A stretch of 64,000 bases of DNA. It comes from Selaginella moellendorffii (Eukaryota > Plantae > Lycopodiophyta). The translations under genes and the position numbers were made by a program. The DNA is taken from the NCBI RefSeq assembly GCF_000143415.4, contig NW_003314263.1, forward strand, positions 3,606,451 to 3,670,450, given 5' to 3'. A model generated the notes under the pieces. It was not told the DNA's origin. It did no database searches and saw nothing but the letters and a program-made list of their open reading frames with translations. Below, one piece after another: positions 24,476 through 37,749 of the stretch; the first letter of the stretch is position 1; every line of letters starts with the position of its first letter.

Positions 24476-27400
24476 TAGGTCCGGGTAAACAGTGGCTAAC
24501 ACATATATACAAAACTTTTTTCTTCCAGTTGGAGTGTCTTTGGCCTACTTGCGCAGCTTGTCATTGTCTTTGTCAGCTGGCTTTGAGTGTCAAAGATTCG
24601 TGGCTGGATCCAGCTTTACTAGATTAAAAGGGAAGTGGGGGTGGTAAGAAAGATCTTTGAGCTCTAAGAGTTTATTTTTTTCCAGGCCTCAAATATCTAT
24701 GCAATCTATGACTTTGTCCATATGGGCTGACCTGCTGTTTTTGTTGTGTGCGAGTAAAGGTGGAGAGGCCGGGTTGGACTCCCTGTACGCTACTGGAAAA
24801 TTTCCAACCTGAGCGAGCTACAGAGGCAGCAGCGAGCAGCAGTAGGAAGGTAAGCCTCCTTCAATGCTCTAGCTAGCTGTTTGTTTTTTCTTTTCTTTCC
24901 CTTCTTTCTTTGGTCCTCTGAATGCTGGACTACTAAACCATTTTGACGACTGGTCTCCTTCCAGGTGAACGGGAACGAACGAACGAACGAATGAACGAAC
25001 GCTGCTCCCGTTTGGGGAATCGCGTTAATGCTGCTGCTGCGGACGGGGGGGGGGGGACGACTCGTGATCTCTCGCTCTCGCTCGCTCGCTGTCAAGGAGG
25101 TACGCTTTCTCGCGTTTCGACTTTTCAATTCTTTCTTACTTTCCTGGAGAGTGCGTCCTACGAATAGAGGAAGATCGTAGTCGTCTTGTTGGTGTTGTGA
25201 AGTGGTAGCTAGCGCAGTGTAGTTATTAGCTCGGGTACCAAGGAGATGTTTGGAGATGTTTGGTGATGTGATGGCATTTTGTTGTTTTGTTTGTGAGCGA
25301 TGTTGAGTTGTGTTGTGTGTGTGCGTGTAATGTCCGAGAGAGAGAGAGAGAGAGCTAGAGAGCTCCAGAGATTTGAATGACTGCGCAATGCACACATGCA
25401 CGCTCACAGGTTTGGAAAAGTCCAAAACAGTGGTCTAAAGTGATGTTTGGAAAGGGCATTATTGGTGGAGCACAGTCTAAGTAAATGCCAACAATGGCTA
25501 CTTGCATAGATGGAGCAGCGATTTTTTGCTCTCTCTCTTCTGGTGGTCAGATTTCCTTTGTTTGGAGTGAAAGCTTTTTTGATTTCTCAACTCACTAGGC
25601 CTGGTCGTTCTAGCTTTCGCTTTGGACGATTCGTCTCCATTTGTGTTCCCAATGATTGTAACATTTCTATGATTGTTTTGATTGACACTGTTCCCTTGCA
25701 AGGAGGGGTGTGTGTTTTTGTCAAGAGAATCGCATGCGTGTATGTATGGTGTTCTTCCAAGCCTCTTGGAAAACAATTTGTTTCCTTTTGTTTGTTTACT
25801 TTTCATGGGGATGCTGTTGAGATTGGATCGAATGGGAGCTTGTAAACATCCATATGCTAAAATACTTTTCTTTGTTTTCTCCAGGAAGGTTAGTTGGTTA
25901 GTGTCACTCACGAGATACAATGTGATATATTGCTGTTGGAAAGCTTCCACTTTCACACATCACCTCATAAGTTCGTATCCATCCATTTCCATCCAAGCAT
26001 GCAATCTTGGGCCAATAAATTTATAAATCGCTAAGATCGGCCTCTATACAACTCCATGCTGCCTACCAATGACGTAGCAAAGCTCTGTAAACTTCCAAAG
26101 CAAACCAATCCGGATACACTCAAATCCCTAAGAAAAAGTTTAAACACTTTATATAATTACAATTATTATTATAAATATTAATCTATTATTTGTGAAACAA
26201 ACAGAATCATTTTGAGTCGGTCAATGATCAAGCAAAAAAGGCCCATAAGATTTTTGGGGTGAAAACTTTAAAGAGAAGAGATCGCTCTTGGAGATCACAT
26301 ATCTATTTGTACTGGAGCACTCTAATGCTGCAGGTGACCCAGCCAAAGGGAATTAAAGTGGAGGATAGATCTTGTGTGCATGGATGGGTTGGAAAGTGTT
26401 TTGTGTGGAGTGGAAGTGGTAGGACTTTATAATTGGTGGCTGCTGCTGCAAAGTCAATTTCCTTTGCCCACATTCATGTAACTTTGCATCTCTCAATCAT
26501 ATATATAGCACCTCTTGTGGAATTTATGGAGTTCCTGATCAAAAGTATATAAAGAGCTTGACTTGTGCCCAACCCAGCTGTTGACATTGTCTTTAGACAG
26601 CAGAAGTATTCACTGGCTTTGACTTTTCACCACAGTGCAGGGATTTACAACTTGGAGCAAATAAAAAACACTACAAGCCATCCAGCAAAGATTTCTAGTG
26701 TGTGTTGTGTTGTGGTTGTTTGAATCTTTTGCTTTTTGTTTCTTTCTTTCCAAGAAAATTTTCTCACTGCTAGGAGTCCTTGTCTACTAGACTTTGGCTC
26801 TAATTCATAGACTAGAAGATCAAAAAAACATATGAAAGGAGTTTGGGGGGCATGTTTTTGGTATGCTCTCCCTCTAGAAATGACATGCACAACAGCACAC
26901 CTGATAGCAAATAAAAGCATAAAAGCTCCATCCATTTCAATGTCAATACACATAATATTCGTCAACAATTGCAGGCAGGCAAGGAGGCACTGCTCAAGTA
27001 ACAGCAGTAGCAACAGTGGGACTGGAAGAAAGCTACATTCTAGGAGTAAGAAGACACATATACAGCCCGTATGTAATTATATTTGAGAAATAGAATATAA
27101 ATTCCCAGTAAATCAATTAGTAACTTCTCTGTTCTCTCTCTCTCTGTGTTATGTTTGTCTAAAGTGCTCTTTTGAATGTTCAAACTTGCAGTACACTAAA
27201 GGTGTGAACGGTGGTTAATATGTTATATTAAGTAGGAAAGTGGTGGATCCAGGAACAGGCATCAAAAGAGGACAATGACTAGTCTCAGATTTATATATCA
27301 AAAAATTATTATTTAATATTTGAAGAGAGAGATTGACATCAAAATAAAATTTTGAGATCTTATTTTCCATACTAAATAAAAGTGTGCGTGCCACCACCGT

Positions 27401-28637
27401 ACCCATCTAAAGCATGAGGAGGAATCGATGAAAAACACACGCGCTCCTGAAAGGGTCCAGTCCAGTCCAGTCCTGGAAGGAAATCCTTACTACTTTCTCC
27501 ACCACTGGAAAGAATTGAATTGAAGCTTCCAGTTTTTGCGATCGAAAGAGATCGCGTGTACGTATCCCTGTACGAGGGTCTACGTATACCACAGGGAATT
27601 TTAAAGCATCTTGAAGCGGTAGGCCGGACGCGTAGCTGCCAGTAGGTGGCGGTGGCCATAATTTAAGTTTTGGACAAGTGCATACAGATCTCTAGCTTAG
27701 CCATCTTCGGGGAAAATGGCCAGTGGCCCATGTGACGGGTCACTGTGGCTCATGCAAACACTATCAGATACGGTAGGGCTTTTGGGCCACAGTGGTCCAA
27801 ATCTCGGTAAACATTACAAGAATGTGGCGATCATATATGCGTGCCCAATGATTAAGAGTCATACGTAAGACAAAAAAGGCTCTTTTCTTTTTTCCCCATT
27901 TTTATTTTTATTATTTAGAGATCTTATATAATGAAAACGTATCATATAATCACAAGCGAAGTCTTTGGATTCGTGTAACTTTGATTATAATCTCAAGTGT
28001 TGGTCGTCTAAGCTCTTGGATTGTTAATTTACTGAATGGACCATTGGATCATGCCATGCAATGCTTGATCTATCATAGCTTCTAGACTTAAATCTCCATT
28101 CTCTCTTGTCTAAGTTGTTCCCAGCCAATATATATCTCCCTTATACTATTGCATTGCTCGATATAAAGAAGTGTTCTTGGCTATTTTCTGCTCGGTCTTG
28201 CGGTGGTTTTTTTCTCGACTAGTATAGAGCGTCGCAGCGGCGGCCCTTTCCCCTGCTCTTTCCTTGTTTAATTCGGCATAGATCCATCCCGTGATTCGCA
28301 AAATCGCTCTATCGATCCAACAACAAGTATATATATTGCGTGGCCAGTCCAATCCAACAAATTTGCTCGTAGCTCTTTTGTTTCTTTGTTGTTGTTGCTG
28401 GCTGCTGGCCAGGGTTTAAACTCTGCGAGCACTGCAAGGCCTTCCCGAGTGTGTGTCTCAGTGAAAGATGGGAGAAAAAAAACTCCACTCCACTTCTCTC
28501 CACGCATAGATACAACCGGAGTGTGTAAAGCTAGTTTTTCGAATAGTAGTAAGCAGCAGTAGAAGAGGAAGAAGGAGAAGGAAAGAAGAAGAAGAAGAAG
28601 AAGATTTATATTGTTTTTGCTTTGGGAAAGGCAAGCC

Positions 28638-30939
28638 ATGGTGGCAATTGTGGCGAGTGTTTTTGCGTTAGTGGCGATGGTGGCTGGAATGTGGGATGCT
28701 TTGTCTCAATGGGGCATTTTGATATCACTCGCGAGAGCTTGGAGGCGCGAGAAGAATGCAAAGCTTCCAAGAGGCAACTGGTGGCTTCCCTGGCTTGGAG
28801 AGAGCCTCGACTTCTTCTGGAGGAGCCCTGACGATTTCTACAAGACAAGATTCTCAAGGTCCATTGTCAAAGTTCCAACCTTTTCTCCAGAAAATCTTCT
28901 CTCTCCTTATGATCTTCTTCTTTTTGTTCTTCTCTCTGTCTGGATGGTTTCTTTCGAATTCTCATGTTGGAATTTTGGTGGTGGCACAGATACGGGAGTA
29001 TCTTCCTGTCACACATATTTGGGAGCACGACTATTGTGACATCAACTCCAGAGGAGGCCAAATTCATACTTGGAACTCGCCACAAGCTGTTTCGTGCCAG
29101 ATACCCGACCTCAATCGACCGGGTGCTCAATCACCCCTTTTGGGAGGGCGATTTCCACTGCCGAGTCCGCAAAATTGTCCAAGCCCCCATGATGCCCGAG
29201 GTGCTCAAATCCCAAATCTCAAAGTTTGATAGCTTGGCAACTTGGACTCTAAACACATGGTCTCACGGTGATCATGTGATCACACATGCCGAGACTCGAA
29301 AGGTATAGTCTTTCTAAAATCCATCCTCGGCTCCACGATTCCATATCCCAAAGTTCCCTCACGAATTCTTCTCCTTTCGATGATGCACGAACTTAAAGAG
29401 AAAAAAGTGGGTTTTAGCTGCATTGTTCTTTTCCCTTTCATCATCCTCGTAGAAGGATTGATCGAGTTTCATGAATGCAAGAAAACAATGCATTGATCTA
29501 GTTTTGATGTTTGGCTGCAGTTCTCGTTCCATGTCGCACTCTACTTGGTTTGCAGTTTGGAGCCATCCGCGGAATCTATGAAAATGCTCGACGACTACGA
29601 ATGTGTTGCGAAGGGAGCGATTTGCTTCCCGCTCAACGTCCCAGGAACAGGATTCCACTTGGCTCTCAAGGTGAAAACCATATTCGATTACATTATTTCA
29701 TTCGTTCTCACATATATTATTCTTAAACCTTGACAGAAGAGCAAGGTGATACTCGAAGCACTGGACAATATCATCGCCCGGAGAAGGATGGAGAGAAGCG
29801 TCCACAACGATATATTGAGCTCGCTCCTCAACTCCAGCGATGAAAACGGGATCAAACTCACCACCGACCAAGTCAAGAATGTTCTCATCACTCTCCTCTT
29901 TGCGGGGCACGAGACGACGGGGGTCTTGCTCGTTTGGATCGTCAAGTACTTGACAGAGAATCCTCAAGTTCTCCATTTGGTCAAGGTAAATAATTTCCAT
30001 CCATTTTAATTCTTTTTTTTTTTTGTATATTTTTAAAAATATTTTTCTTTCCAGGAGGAGCAAGAGATCGTCAGGCAGTCCATGGCCGATGACAAGCAGC
30101 CGCTGGCGTGGGCAAACGTACGAAACATGCCGTACACGCTCAAGGTATTTAAAGAGATCTGCTACTCTTGTTTGTTGGAACTTATGCCTCGCCCGAATCG
30201 TATCTAAATCTTGTGAGAAAACAAATGCAGGTCGTCCAAGAGACCCTTCGCCTCGCAAACGTCGCACCATTCTCTCCACGGGAAATTCTCGAGGACGTGG
30301 AATATAATGGTATCAAAAACCTTCACTGCAATACACTAGTATACTTATTTGTTTCTCTTTTTTGGCTGCTTTAGGCATCTTGTTTCCCAAAGGCTGGAGG
30401 GTACAAGTGTATTATCGCCACTTCCATCTCAATCCAGAGTACTATAAGGAACCTCTAAAGTTTGATCCATCTAGATTCGAGGTAAGGAAGAACATCATAC
30501 TCAATACCTGTTGAATACTAATTCTTGTATACTAAATTATCATTGTTCTCTTTGTTGTAGGTGCCCCCAAAGCCAATGGTGTACACTCCATTTGGGAATG
30601 GAATAAGGCTTTGCCCAGGGAGTGAGCTTGTAAAGCTGGAAGTACTGATTTTCATTCACAGGCTGGTGACAAACTACAGGTATATTATGGTTTTAACTTT
30701 TATTTAAGAGAAAAAGTGAGGAAAATAAAGAATTTTGAGCACTTCTTTCTTTTTGGTCAGTCAAAGCTTTGACTCCAACTTGGTTCTGATCATTTTCTTT
30801 CCCTCTTTGGTTTTTCAGCTGGCATGCAGTTGGAGCTGACAAGGGAATTCAATACTGGCCAACTCCCAGACCAAAAGGTGGCTATAAAATTAAGGTCCAC
30901 AGCCATGCCCACTCATCATTCTCACAAGAGCAACTATAA
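28638..30939 (+). CDS. Cytochrome P450, CYP85 clan, most like CYP707 (ABA 8'-hydroxylase family), ~9 exons
   Basis: N-terminal anchor, LPRGNWWLP hinge, I-helix [19 protein letters not shown], heme motif [12 protein letters not shown]-terminal GIQYWP. TAA at 30937-30939. Confidence 0.9.
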
Positions 30940-31478
30940 TAGCTAGATCCAGTTCAAGGACCAATGGGAGAGAGAAGAAAAAGGCCAAAAAAACGAGGAG
31001 AGAAGCTTCTTACGATTGATCGATAGATTTTTCGGTAGCGAAGATCAGTTCGCCGCTCGATTCGTTCCGTCTAGGCTAGAGAAAGAAACTTGGAAACAAT
31101 AATCCCACTGTAAGTAAGAGGAATTCAAAGAGGCCAGGCGAAAGCAAGCCTGGAAGTTTGAGTCTCATCATCTCTGGGTGTGTCTCGCTATAAAAGAAGA
31201 ACCAAACAGAGAAAAAAAGGAAGAAATAGGCCGGACCTCAAACTGGAATCAATGACGCGAAGGCAGCCACCAGTGGAATCCATGTGGTTGCTGCGTCCTT
31301 CAGACACCAACATGGTACCATTCTTTATATCTTTATTCGCTCGTTCTCTCCTTTTTTTTTTTTGCCTGGCTGAATCGAAGGACACACCAAGTTGGCCACT
31401 GAAAGCAAAGGAGTGGAAACGTTTCTGAGATTGAGGTGACAAAGCAGCAAACAGGGAATACGCTGTCTTTGTTCTTCC

Positions 31479-33006
31479 TTACGACGTTGTTGCCAGGGAC
31501 GAGTTTTGGATCAAGCGGTAGTACAGCAGCAACATTGTCGCAATGCAAGACCTGGAAAATGGAGTGAGAGGAAGAAAAGGAGAAAGAAGGGCCTGTGTCA
31601 TAACTTACAGGATCGCAAAAACGAAGAGGATGTTTCTCGGATCAACGGTTGAATGCCGGTGATGGCGACGACGAGAGTGAAGCTCGCCACGGTCTTCATC
31701 GCCATCTTTCCGCAGGTTGGGATTTGTCACTGGCAAAGTTGGCAATGTGGGGGACCAAAACGGTAGGATGTGCGTCAAAAGTTGCTTGTAGAAGGGCCCT
31801 GGTGGAATCAATCAATCAAAAAACGAATTTCCTTCGAGCAGAAATCCAGCTTACCACGGCGGGCATATTTTCTACTGATTGCGTCCTCGTCGTCACCATC
31901 ATCGTCGATGTAAGGCATTGATCCTATGACGACCTTCTCCGGCCGGTAGGAATTTTTCCTTGCTAGAGAATTTGCCTGGAACACACGCAGAAAGAATCAG
32001 TGCCCATGAAAGCAAAAGACAGGGAAAGCCTGACCATTTGGGACGAAACATTGGGAGATGGGGAAGTATTTGCAGAGGTGGAGGCCACTGGAGCAGTAGA
32101 TGACGGCTCATCCACAGCAGATATCTCGCTCACTGTCGAGACAGGTTGGTGGCCTTCAAGCGCGCTCTTCTCCGGGATCCCGATGGTAGAGACGAGAGGC
32201 ATGGACGAAAACGCTGCCGGTGCGGCATCCGGATTCGTCAAGTCACCTCCCAGCAAAGTTCCTGCGAGGCCAGCCTGCAACGTCACAGTTTTTATTCTCA
32301 GTTAGAGACAGAATTCGAGAATTTGCTAAGAGTTACCTGTGCTATCGCTTCCCTGAGCTTCAAAGGAAGACCAACGTTGAAGTTTCGAAAGTTCTTTGGC
32401 GGTGGAGGCCAAAGCTGATTCAAACGAGTCAAAGCTTAAACCCATAGCTTACGAGACCGGAATAAAAAAGAAGAAGAAATTCTTACCGGCAAGCCACACT
32501 CTGGACATCCATAGCCAGCCGGGGCTGTATGATCTGGGAAGCTCTTGAGGTGTGACTCCAAGCAGGAAGAATGCAAAGCATCTGTAGAAGAGAAGTTAAG
32601 TCGAAGCAAAGACAAAAGAAGAACTCACGTAGACATCCCAGTCTGGACACCGCTTGATCTTCACGAAGCTCCTCATCACAAACGCTACATTTTGGAGGCC
32701 ACGAGTAGTCAGGGTCGATCACCCACTCGGGATAAGTTCGCACCTAAAAGATTCCCATCACAACAGCCGCTGTGAGAAGAGATCGCTAGCTGGAAGAGGA
32801 AAAATCGATCTACAGAGCTCGCGCGCTCACTCACTCACTCACCACGCAAATCTTGTGCTGATCCGCGCACACGCATTCACCGCAGAGCGCGAGAGAGTGG
32901 CAATAGCAGTAGATTCGCGTGGCCTGCCGCGCCCCTGGATGGATTGAGTTAGAGATCCTCGCAGAACGAGGACAGGACTCACCTTGCGGCACGCGCAGAC
33001 CACCAT
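31479..33006 (-). CDS. ZFPL1: Zinc finger protein-like 1 homologue (B-box-like + RING/PHD-like + C-terminal TM), multi-exon
   Basis: MVVCACRKATRIYCYCH...CGEC...HKICV, YPEWVIDPDY, RLGCLH, PDHTAPAGYGCPEC, and a C-terminal hydrophobic segment. Confidence 0.85.
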
Positions 33007-33155
33007 CGCGAATCGCCGATCGCCGATCGCCCTAAAACACGAAACCCTAAAGAGCCCTAAAAACAGAGCATTTCAAATGTTTACTTTTCCAAGGGCTCTA
33101 GATCTTGGAATTTTAGGGCTAGGCTAGGGTTTGGGCAGAGAAGGGGGAAAGGAAG
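33007..33155. promoter_or_regulatory. Minimal bidirectional promoter with telo-box motifs on both strands
   Basis: 149 nt between divergent ATGs. AAACCCTAA/GCCCTAA on the left, TTAGGG/CTAGGGTTT on the right. Confidence 0.7.
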
Positions 33156-33912
33156 ATGATGGAGGGCGCCGTGGAGGCAGATCCAGTGTCCACTGCTGCG
33201 CAATGGCGGAGCTCCGTGTCGCGCAAGCTCCAGCAGGTGTTGGATCGATGGACGCCATTCCCGATGTGGCGCTGGCTGGGGACGCTGGTGGCGGCGTCGA
33301 TCTATGGCATCAGGGTGTACTACCTGGAGGGATTCTATGTCATCACGTACGCTCTGGGGATCTATCTTCTCAATCTCCTCATCGGATTTCTCTCGCCGCA
33401 AGTGGATCCCGAGTACGAGGGCCCGGTTTTGCCGCACATTGTCAAGGAGAGCGATGAATTCCGGCCGTTTATGAGGAGGCTCCCGGAATTCAAGTGCTGG
33501 TAAGCTGGAATTCTTCTTCTTTTGTGCGAAGAGTGTCATCTTTGCTCGATTCCTTGCTCAAGGTCTGATTTTTTCTCCATCTTCTTGCAGGTATGGCTTG
33601 ACGAGAGCTATCGGCATTGCTTTCGTGATGACCTTCTTCCCGATATTCGACGTTCCAGTGTTTTGGCCAATCCTGGTGATCTACTGGGTCGTGCTTTTGT
33701 TCCTCACGATGAAGAGACAAATACTTCACATGGTGAAGCATAGATACATTCCATTCTCTATCGGTAAACAGGTAAAAACCATTTTATTTTCGTTCCGTCT
33801 CGTGGAGTAAAAGTCTGATTTTTTTTTCTGGTTTCGTGTTGTTTTGGTTGATTCACAGCGCTACAGCGGGAGGGCATCGTCTTCTGACAAGGCAAGCACT
33901 TCTACAGATTAG
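33156..33912 (+). CDS. RER1: Rer1 family ER-retrieval receptor, 3 exons
   Basis: [75 protein letters not shown]. Confidence 0.95.
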
Positions 33913-34526
33913 AAAAAAAAAAAAATGGTATCCAAGCTCGAAAAGAATGCATTTCGATTCATTCATTTCATTCGCTCGCCAGTCTTAAACCAGTCTTAAA
34001 CCATAGCTTGCTCTTTCTTTCCAGTGACAACCAGCCGATCTTACATCGAGTTTTTCTTGCTTTGGCTCTCAGGAGGAAGACCATCCCGAGACTCCCAGTT
34101 TTGATGAATCTAATCACGATGACGACCAGGCCTGATTGATCGATCGCTCGATCCATCCAATCTTCTCCCGCGAGAAGATTAAAAATGGATCTCTTTTGTA
34201 AAGCTGTGCTTCTATAGGAGAGAGGAGAAGCTCCACTTTCACTCTCTTCTATCTGTTAGAACAAAACCATAGTTTTGACGCTCTTAAGTTTCGAGCCCCG
34301 GACCGACATCGCGCTGCCTACGTGGAACAGCGACCTCTGTACGGCACCAATGGCGCGCGAGCTCTTCGTACGGAGCCTTGGAGGAAAGCGCAGCATAAAT
34401 TCCAATGGAGGCCGGACTGTTTATCCGCCGCGACGAGAGCTCACAGGCAAGTTTAAAGTCGGTTGTTTTGAGGTGAATCCATGCATAAAAGTTCCTCTTT
34501 TGGTGGTTTTCTTCCAGGCAGGAAGA

Positions 34527-36445
34527 ATGGCGGCTCTAAGTTGCGGCTTTCACTTGTCCGGATCTTCGCCCTCGTCGTCGCAGCTCGCGAGAAGAATGCT
34601 GGAATTCAGTGGCAGGACGAGAATCTGGCTGAGGAGGAGCTCCTTTGCGCAGGTATTTGTTTCTCTCCTCCATTCCTAGCTACCAAAGTTCCTTTTCTTC
34701 TTGCGTTCTTGCTGGCTATGGTGACAGAGTTTATCGGAAACTTACAGGCACAGCCAAAGACGTCGGCTCCTCGGCCCAGCGTCATCAGGGCGTTCTTGGT
34801 TTCCGACGATCGAGCAAGATCGAAGAGCTCTCCTGCGCCTTCTTCCGGCAAGAGCAGTAATCTATCGGCTTTGCGAGTGAGTCAGCTCAAGAAAGTTTTA
34901 GATGCAGGCGGTGTGGATTACCGTGACTGCCTCGAGAGAAAGGAGCTCGTCGAGAGGCTGGAGAAGACCAAGAACTTCATTCCTCCTGCTGCGAAGAGGC
35001 TGCTGCAACAATACCTCGAGGGCGCTGAGCCTCCGCCGCATCTCTCTTACGAGCTCCTCCATGGCTCTTCACCCCCTGTAGAAGGTAAGTCTTTTTCTTT
35101 AGCCATAGTTTTTTCTTTTGTTTGCTTGCGTGAGGCACGACTTTGCTCGACGTGTTTATCTGTTTGGAGGTTAGACTTGTTCGCAGTACGACTTTGGACT
35201 CAAAAATTCTCTTTTTTCTCACAGATTGGTGGCTAGACGCCGAGAAGAACAGCATAAAACTCTTCCAAGACTGCAGCCCCTCCGTGGCTCACATCACAAC
35301 GCTTCGACTCGGCAAAGATATGTCGATGAATCCCGTTGAGATCCCTCGAGGAACTGGCAGTGGATTCGTGTGGGACAAAGATGGTCATATCGTCACGAAC
35401 TATCACGTCACCATGAACGGCGAACGAGCTCGAGTAACACTCTCAGATGCCAGCACTTGGGACGGAACTCTGGTTGGATATGCGAAGAACAAGGACCTCG
35501 CAGTGCTCAAGATCTCGGCACCGCCATCCAAGCTAAAACCAATCAGCGTTGGTACTTCACAGGTACTCCTCACTTCTATTTTGTTTTCTTGTTTTTCTTC
35601 CCAGTTCTTGACAGTTTCTACTTGATCCAGGGACTCCAAGTTGGCCAACACGTACTCGCGATTGGAAATCCTTTTGGACTCGACAGAACACTCACGAGTG
35701 GAATTATCTCCGGTGTCGGCAGAGATATCAGAAGCATCGGTGGAAGGATCATTCGTGGTGTGATCCAAACCGATGCTTCGATAAATCCTGGAAACTCTGG
35801 AGGGCCTTTGCTGGATTCACAAGGACGACTGATAGGCGTGAACACTGCGATTTACTCGCCGACCGGGGCCAGCGCCGGTGTTGGCTTTGCGATCCCGGTG
35901 GACACCGTGCGAAGGGTGATAAACCAGATTATTCGCGATGGGAAAGTTGTGAGGCCGGGCTTGGGGATTGTTTGTGCGAGTGAGAGCCAGACGAGGCAGC
36001 TGGGAGTGACTGGAGTTTTGGTGCTGGGATTATCTTCAAACGGTGCTGCTGCTCAAGCGGGTTTGAAAGGTTTGTGAGACACACAACTTTGGTGGTTTTT
36101 TTTTGTTTTTTCCATCTTAGAAACTTCGGTTTCTTTGCGTGGCAGCTACGTCAAGAGATGAGAATGGAAGATTGGTTCTTGGAGACGTCATCGTTGCTAT
36201 CAATGGCGAGGTTCGTGACAAGTCTCTTTCTCTCCTTGTTTAAAGTTATCTTTCTTCGCAGGCCGTGAAAACCGTGGAAGATCTTCTCGCACTGATCGAC
36301 GAGCGCTGCATCGAAGAAGTCGTGAGGGTAAGCAGCTCTAAATTCTCCTCACTCCTCTCCAATTATACTTCGCTTCCAGGTGAGCGTCAAGCGAGGGAGC
36401 TCCATACAAGACTACTACATAACACTCGAGGAGCTAGAAGAATAA
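34527..36445 (+). CDS. Deg/HtrA serine protease (Deg1/Deg8-like, plastid-type transit peptide) with PDZ domain, ~7 exons
   Basis: GTGSGFVWD, triad VTNYHV / NKDLAVL / [13 protein letters not shown] remnant [12 protein letters not shown] at 36443-36445. Confidence 0.92.
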
Positions 36446-36633
36446 AAGAGATCCACGAAATGGAAGAAGAAAAAAAGGAGAAACCTTTGTAAGATACTAT
36501 CACGTTGTAAAGAAAGACCGAGCAAAAAAATGGAGAAAAAAAAAAGATTTTTGCTGTAAAAAAGAGTGTAGTTTTGTGAAAAAGAGAGTGTAGAAGTAAT
36601 TTTCGTGATAGAGAGGAGAGAGCCTGTAAATTA

Positions 36634-37311
36634 TCACTTGCCCTGTGAGGTAGAGTCAGAGGCTGTGGTAGCGGCGGCGGCGGCGACGGTGGTGGCAGTG
36701 GTGGCGGTGGTGGTAGCGGCGGTAGCTGCAGTAGCGGCGGCGACGGAGAAGCCCGAGTGGTGGGAGTTGGCGGCGGCGGTGGCGGCAGCGGCAGCGGCGC
36801 TAGTGGCGGCGGCGAGAGCAAAAGCTTCGTGTATGTGCGCGAGCTGGGCCTGGAGACACGCCACCCTTTGCTGGAGCACGGAGATGACACCGACGCAGCC
36901 ATAGATTGGATCTTTCACTCGCATGTCCGCCTCGTACGCCAAAGTGTTGACGCAATCCTCGCGGAAGCAGACGGGGAGCTCGTTGAGCATCTTGCTCACG
37001 TTGGAGACGCCGAAGACCTTGTGAACGTTGGCGAAGCGCTCGGGCTGGTCGGGCGGGAAGTATGGCGCGAACAGGCACTCGGGCGTGCAGCGCCGCCGGA
37101 GGTTTCGGCAAGCTGCGCAGGCGGAGGTGGCGCTCGACTGCTGGTGCTGGTGGTGGTGGTGGTAGTGGTGGCTGTGGTGGTGATTTTGAGTTTGGTGGTG
37201 ATTTTGGAGGTGGAGGGAGAGATTTTGGTGGTGGGAGGAGAGATTTTGGGGGTGACTTTGGAGATTTTGGTGGTGGTGGTCGTGCCGCTGCTGCTGCTGC
37301 TGCTCCGACAT
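36634..37311 (-). CDS. LOB-domain (LBD/ASL) transcription factor, class I, single exon
   Basis: C-block CAACRNLRRRCTPEC, FANVHKVFGVSNV, DPIYGCVGVI, leucine zipper; His/Gln-rich N-terminus and Ala/Thr-rich tail. Confidence 0.95.
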   Translation of the reverse strand: MSEQQQQQRHDHHHQNLQSHPQNLSSHHQNLSLHLQNHHQTQNHHHSHHYHHHHQHQQSSATSACAACRNLRRRCTPECLFAPYFPPDQPERFANVHKVFGVSNVSKMLNELPVCFREDCVNTLAYEADMRVKDPIYGCVGVISVLQQRVACLQAQLAHIHEAFALAAATSAAAAAATAAANSHHSGFSVAAATAATAATTTATTATTVAAAAATTASDSTSQGK

Positions 37312-37749
37312 CTTTTTTTACTTTGTCTTTTCATCCAACTCCCGGCATTTTGCGCGACCAGCTTCCGCAGCTTCAGTTGAAATGTCAGTTGATTGGCCAC
37401 TGAACAATAACCGTTTCAAAGCCTTCGTTTTTCCCTCTTTTTTGTTTACTTATGCTGATTTGTAATTATAATTTCACTTTAAATGAAATAAATAAAACTA
37501 CATTTGCTCAGTCACAGTAGCAGTCACAGAAGATATTGGTGATATATCAATGTATTCTGCCACAATATATCAATGTATTCTGCTGTTTCATCTGATTAAA
37601 CAACATAAAGAAACTTCATTTTTTACAAAAGCCCTATTTCTTGGTGTTTTGTATATCAAAATTGTATGTTTTTACAGTTTAGTTACAAAATTGCATGTAA
37701 GTGATCTCTTAATAAACAGTTTGTCATACCTTATTTATACATTGTAATT

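Noticed and set aside
25100-28500. Conserved miRNA or small-peptide gene in the long intergenic region
   Set aside because: By eye I found no match to miR156/160/166/171/319/390/408/529 and no convincing CLE/RTFL-type motif. The ORFs look like noise. A computational scan could overturn this.
34070-34135. Alternative acidic last exon for RER1 (EEDHPETPSFDESNHDDDQA)
   Set aside because: An acceptor exists, but RER1 already has a normal final exon ending at 33912 and nothing else supports it.
36387-37403. Several overlapping Pro-, Val-, Gly- or Thr-rich ORFs
   Set aside because: Alternative frames of the GC-rich trinucleotide repeats in the LBD gene.
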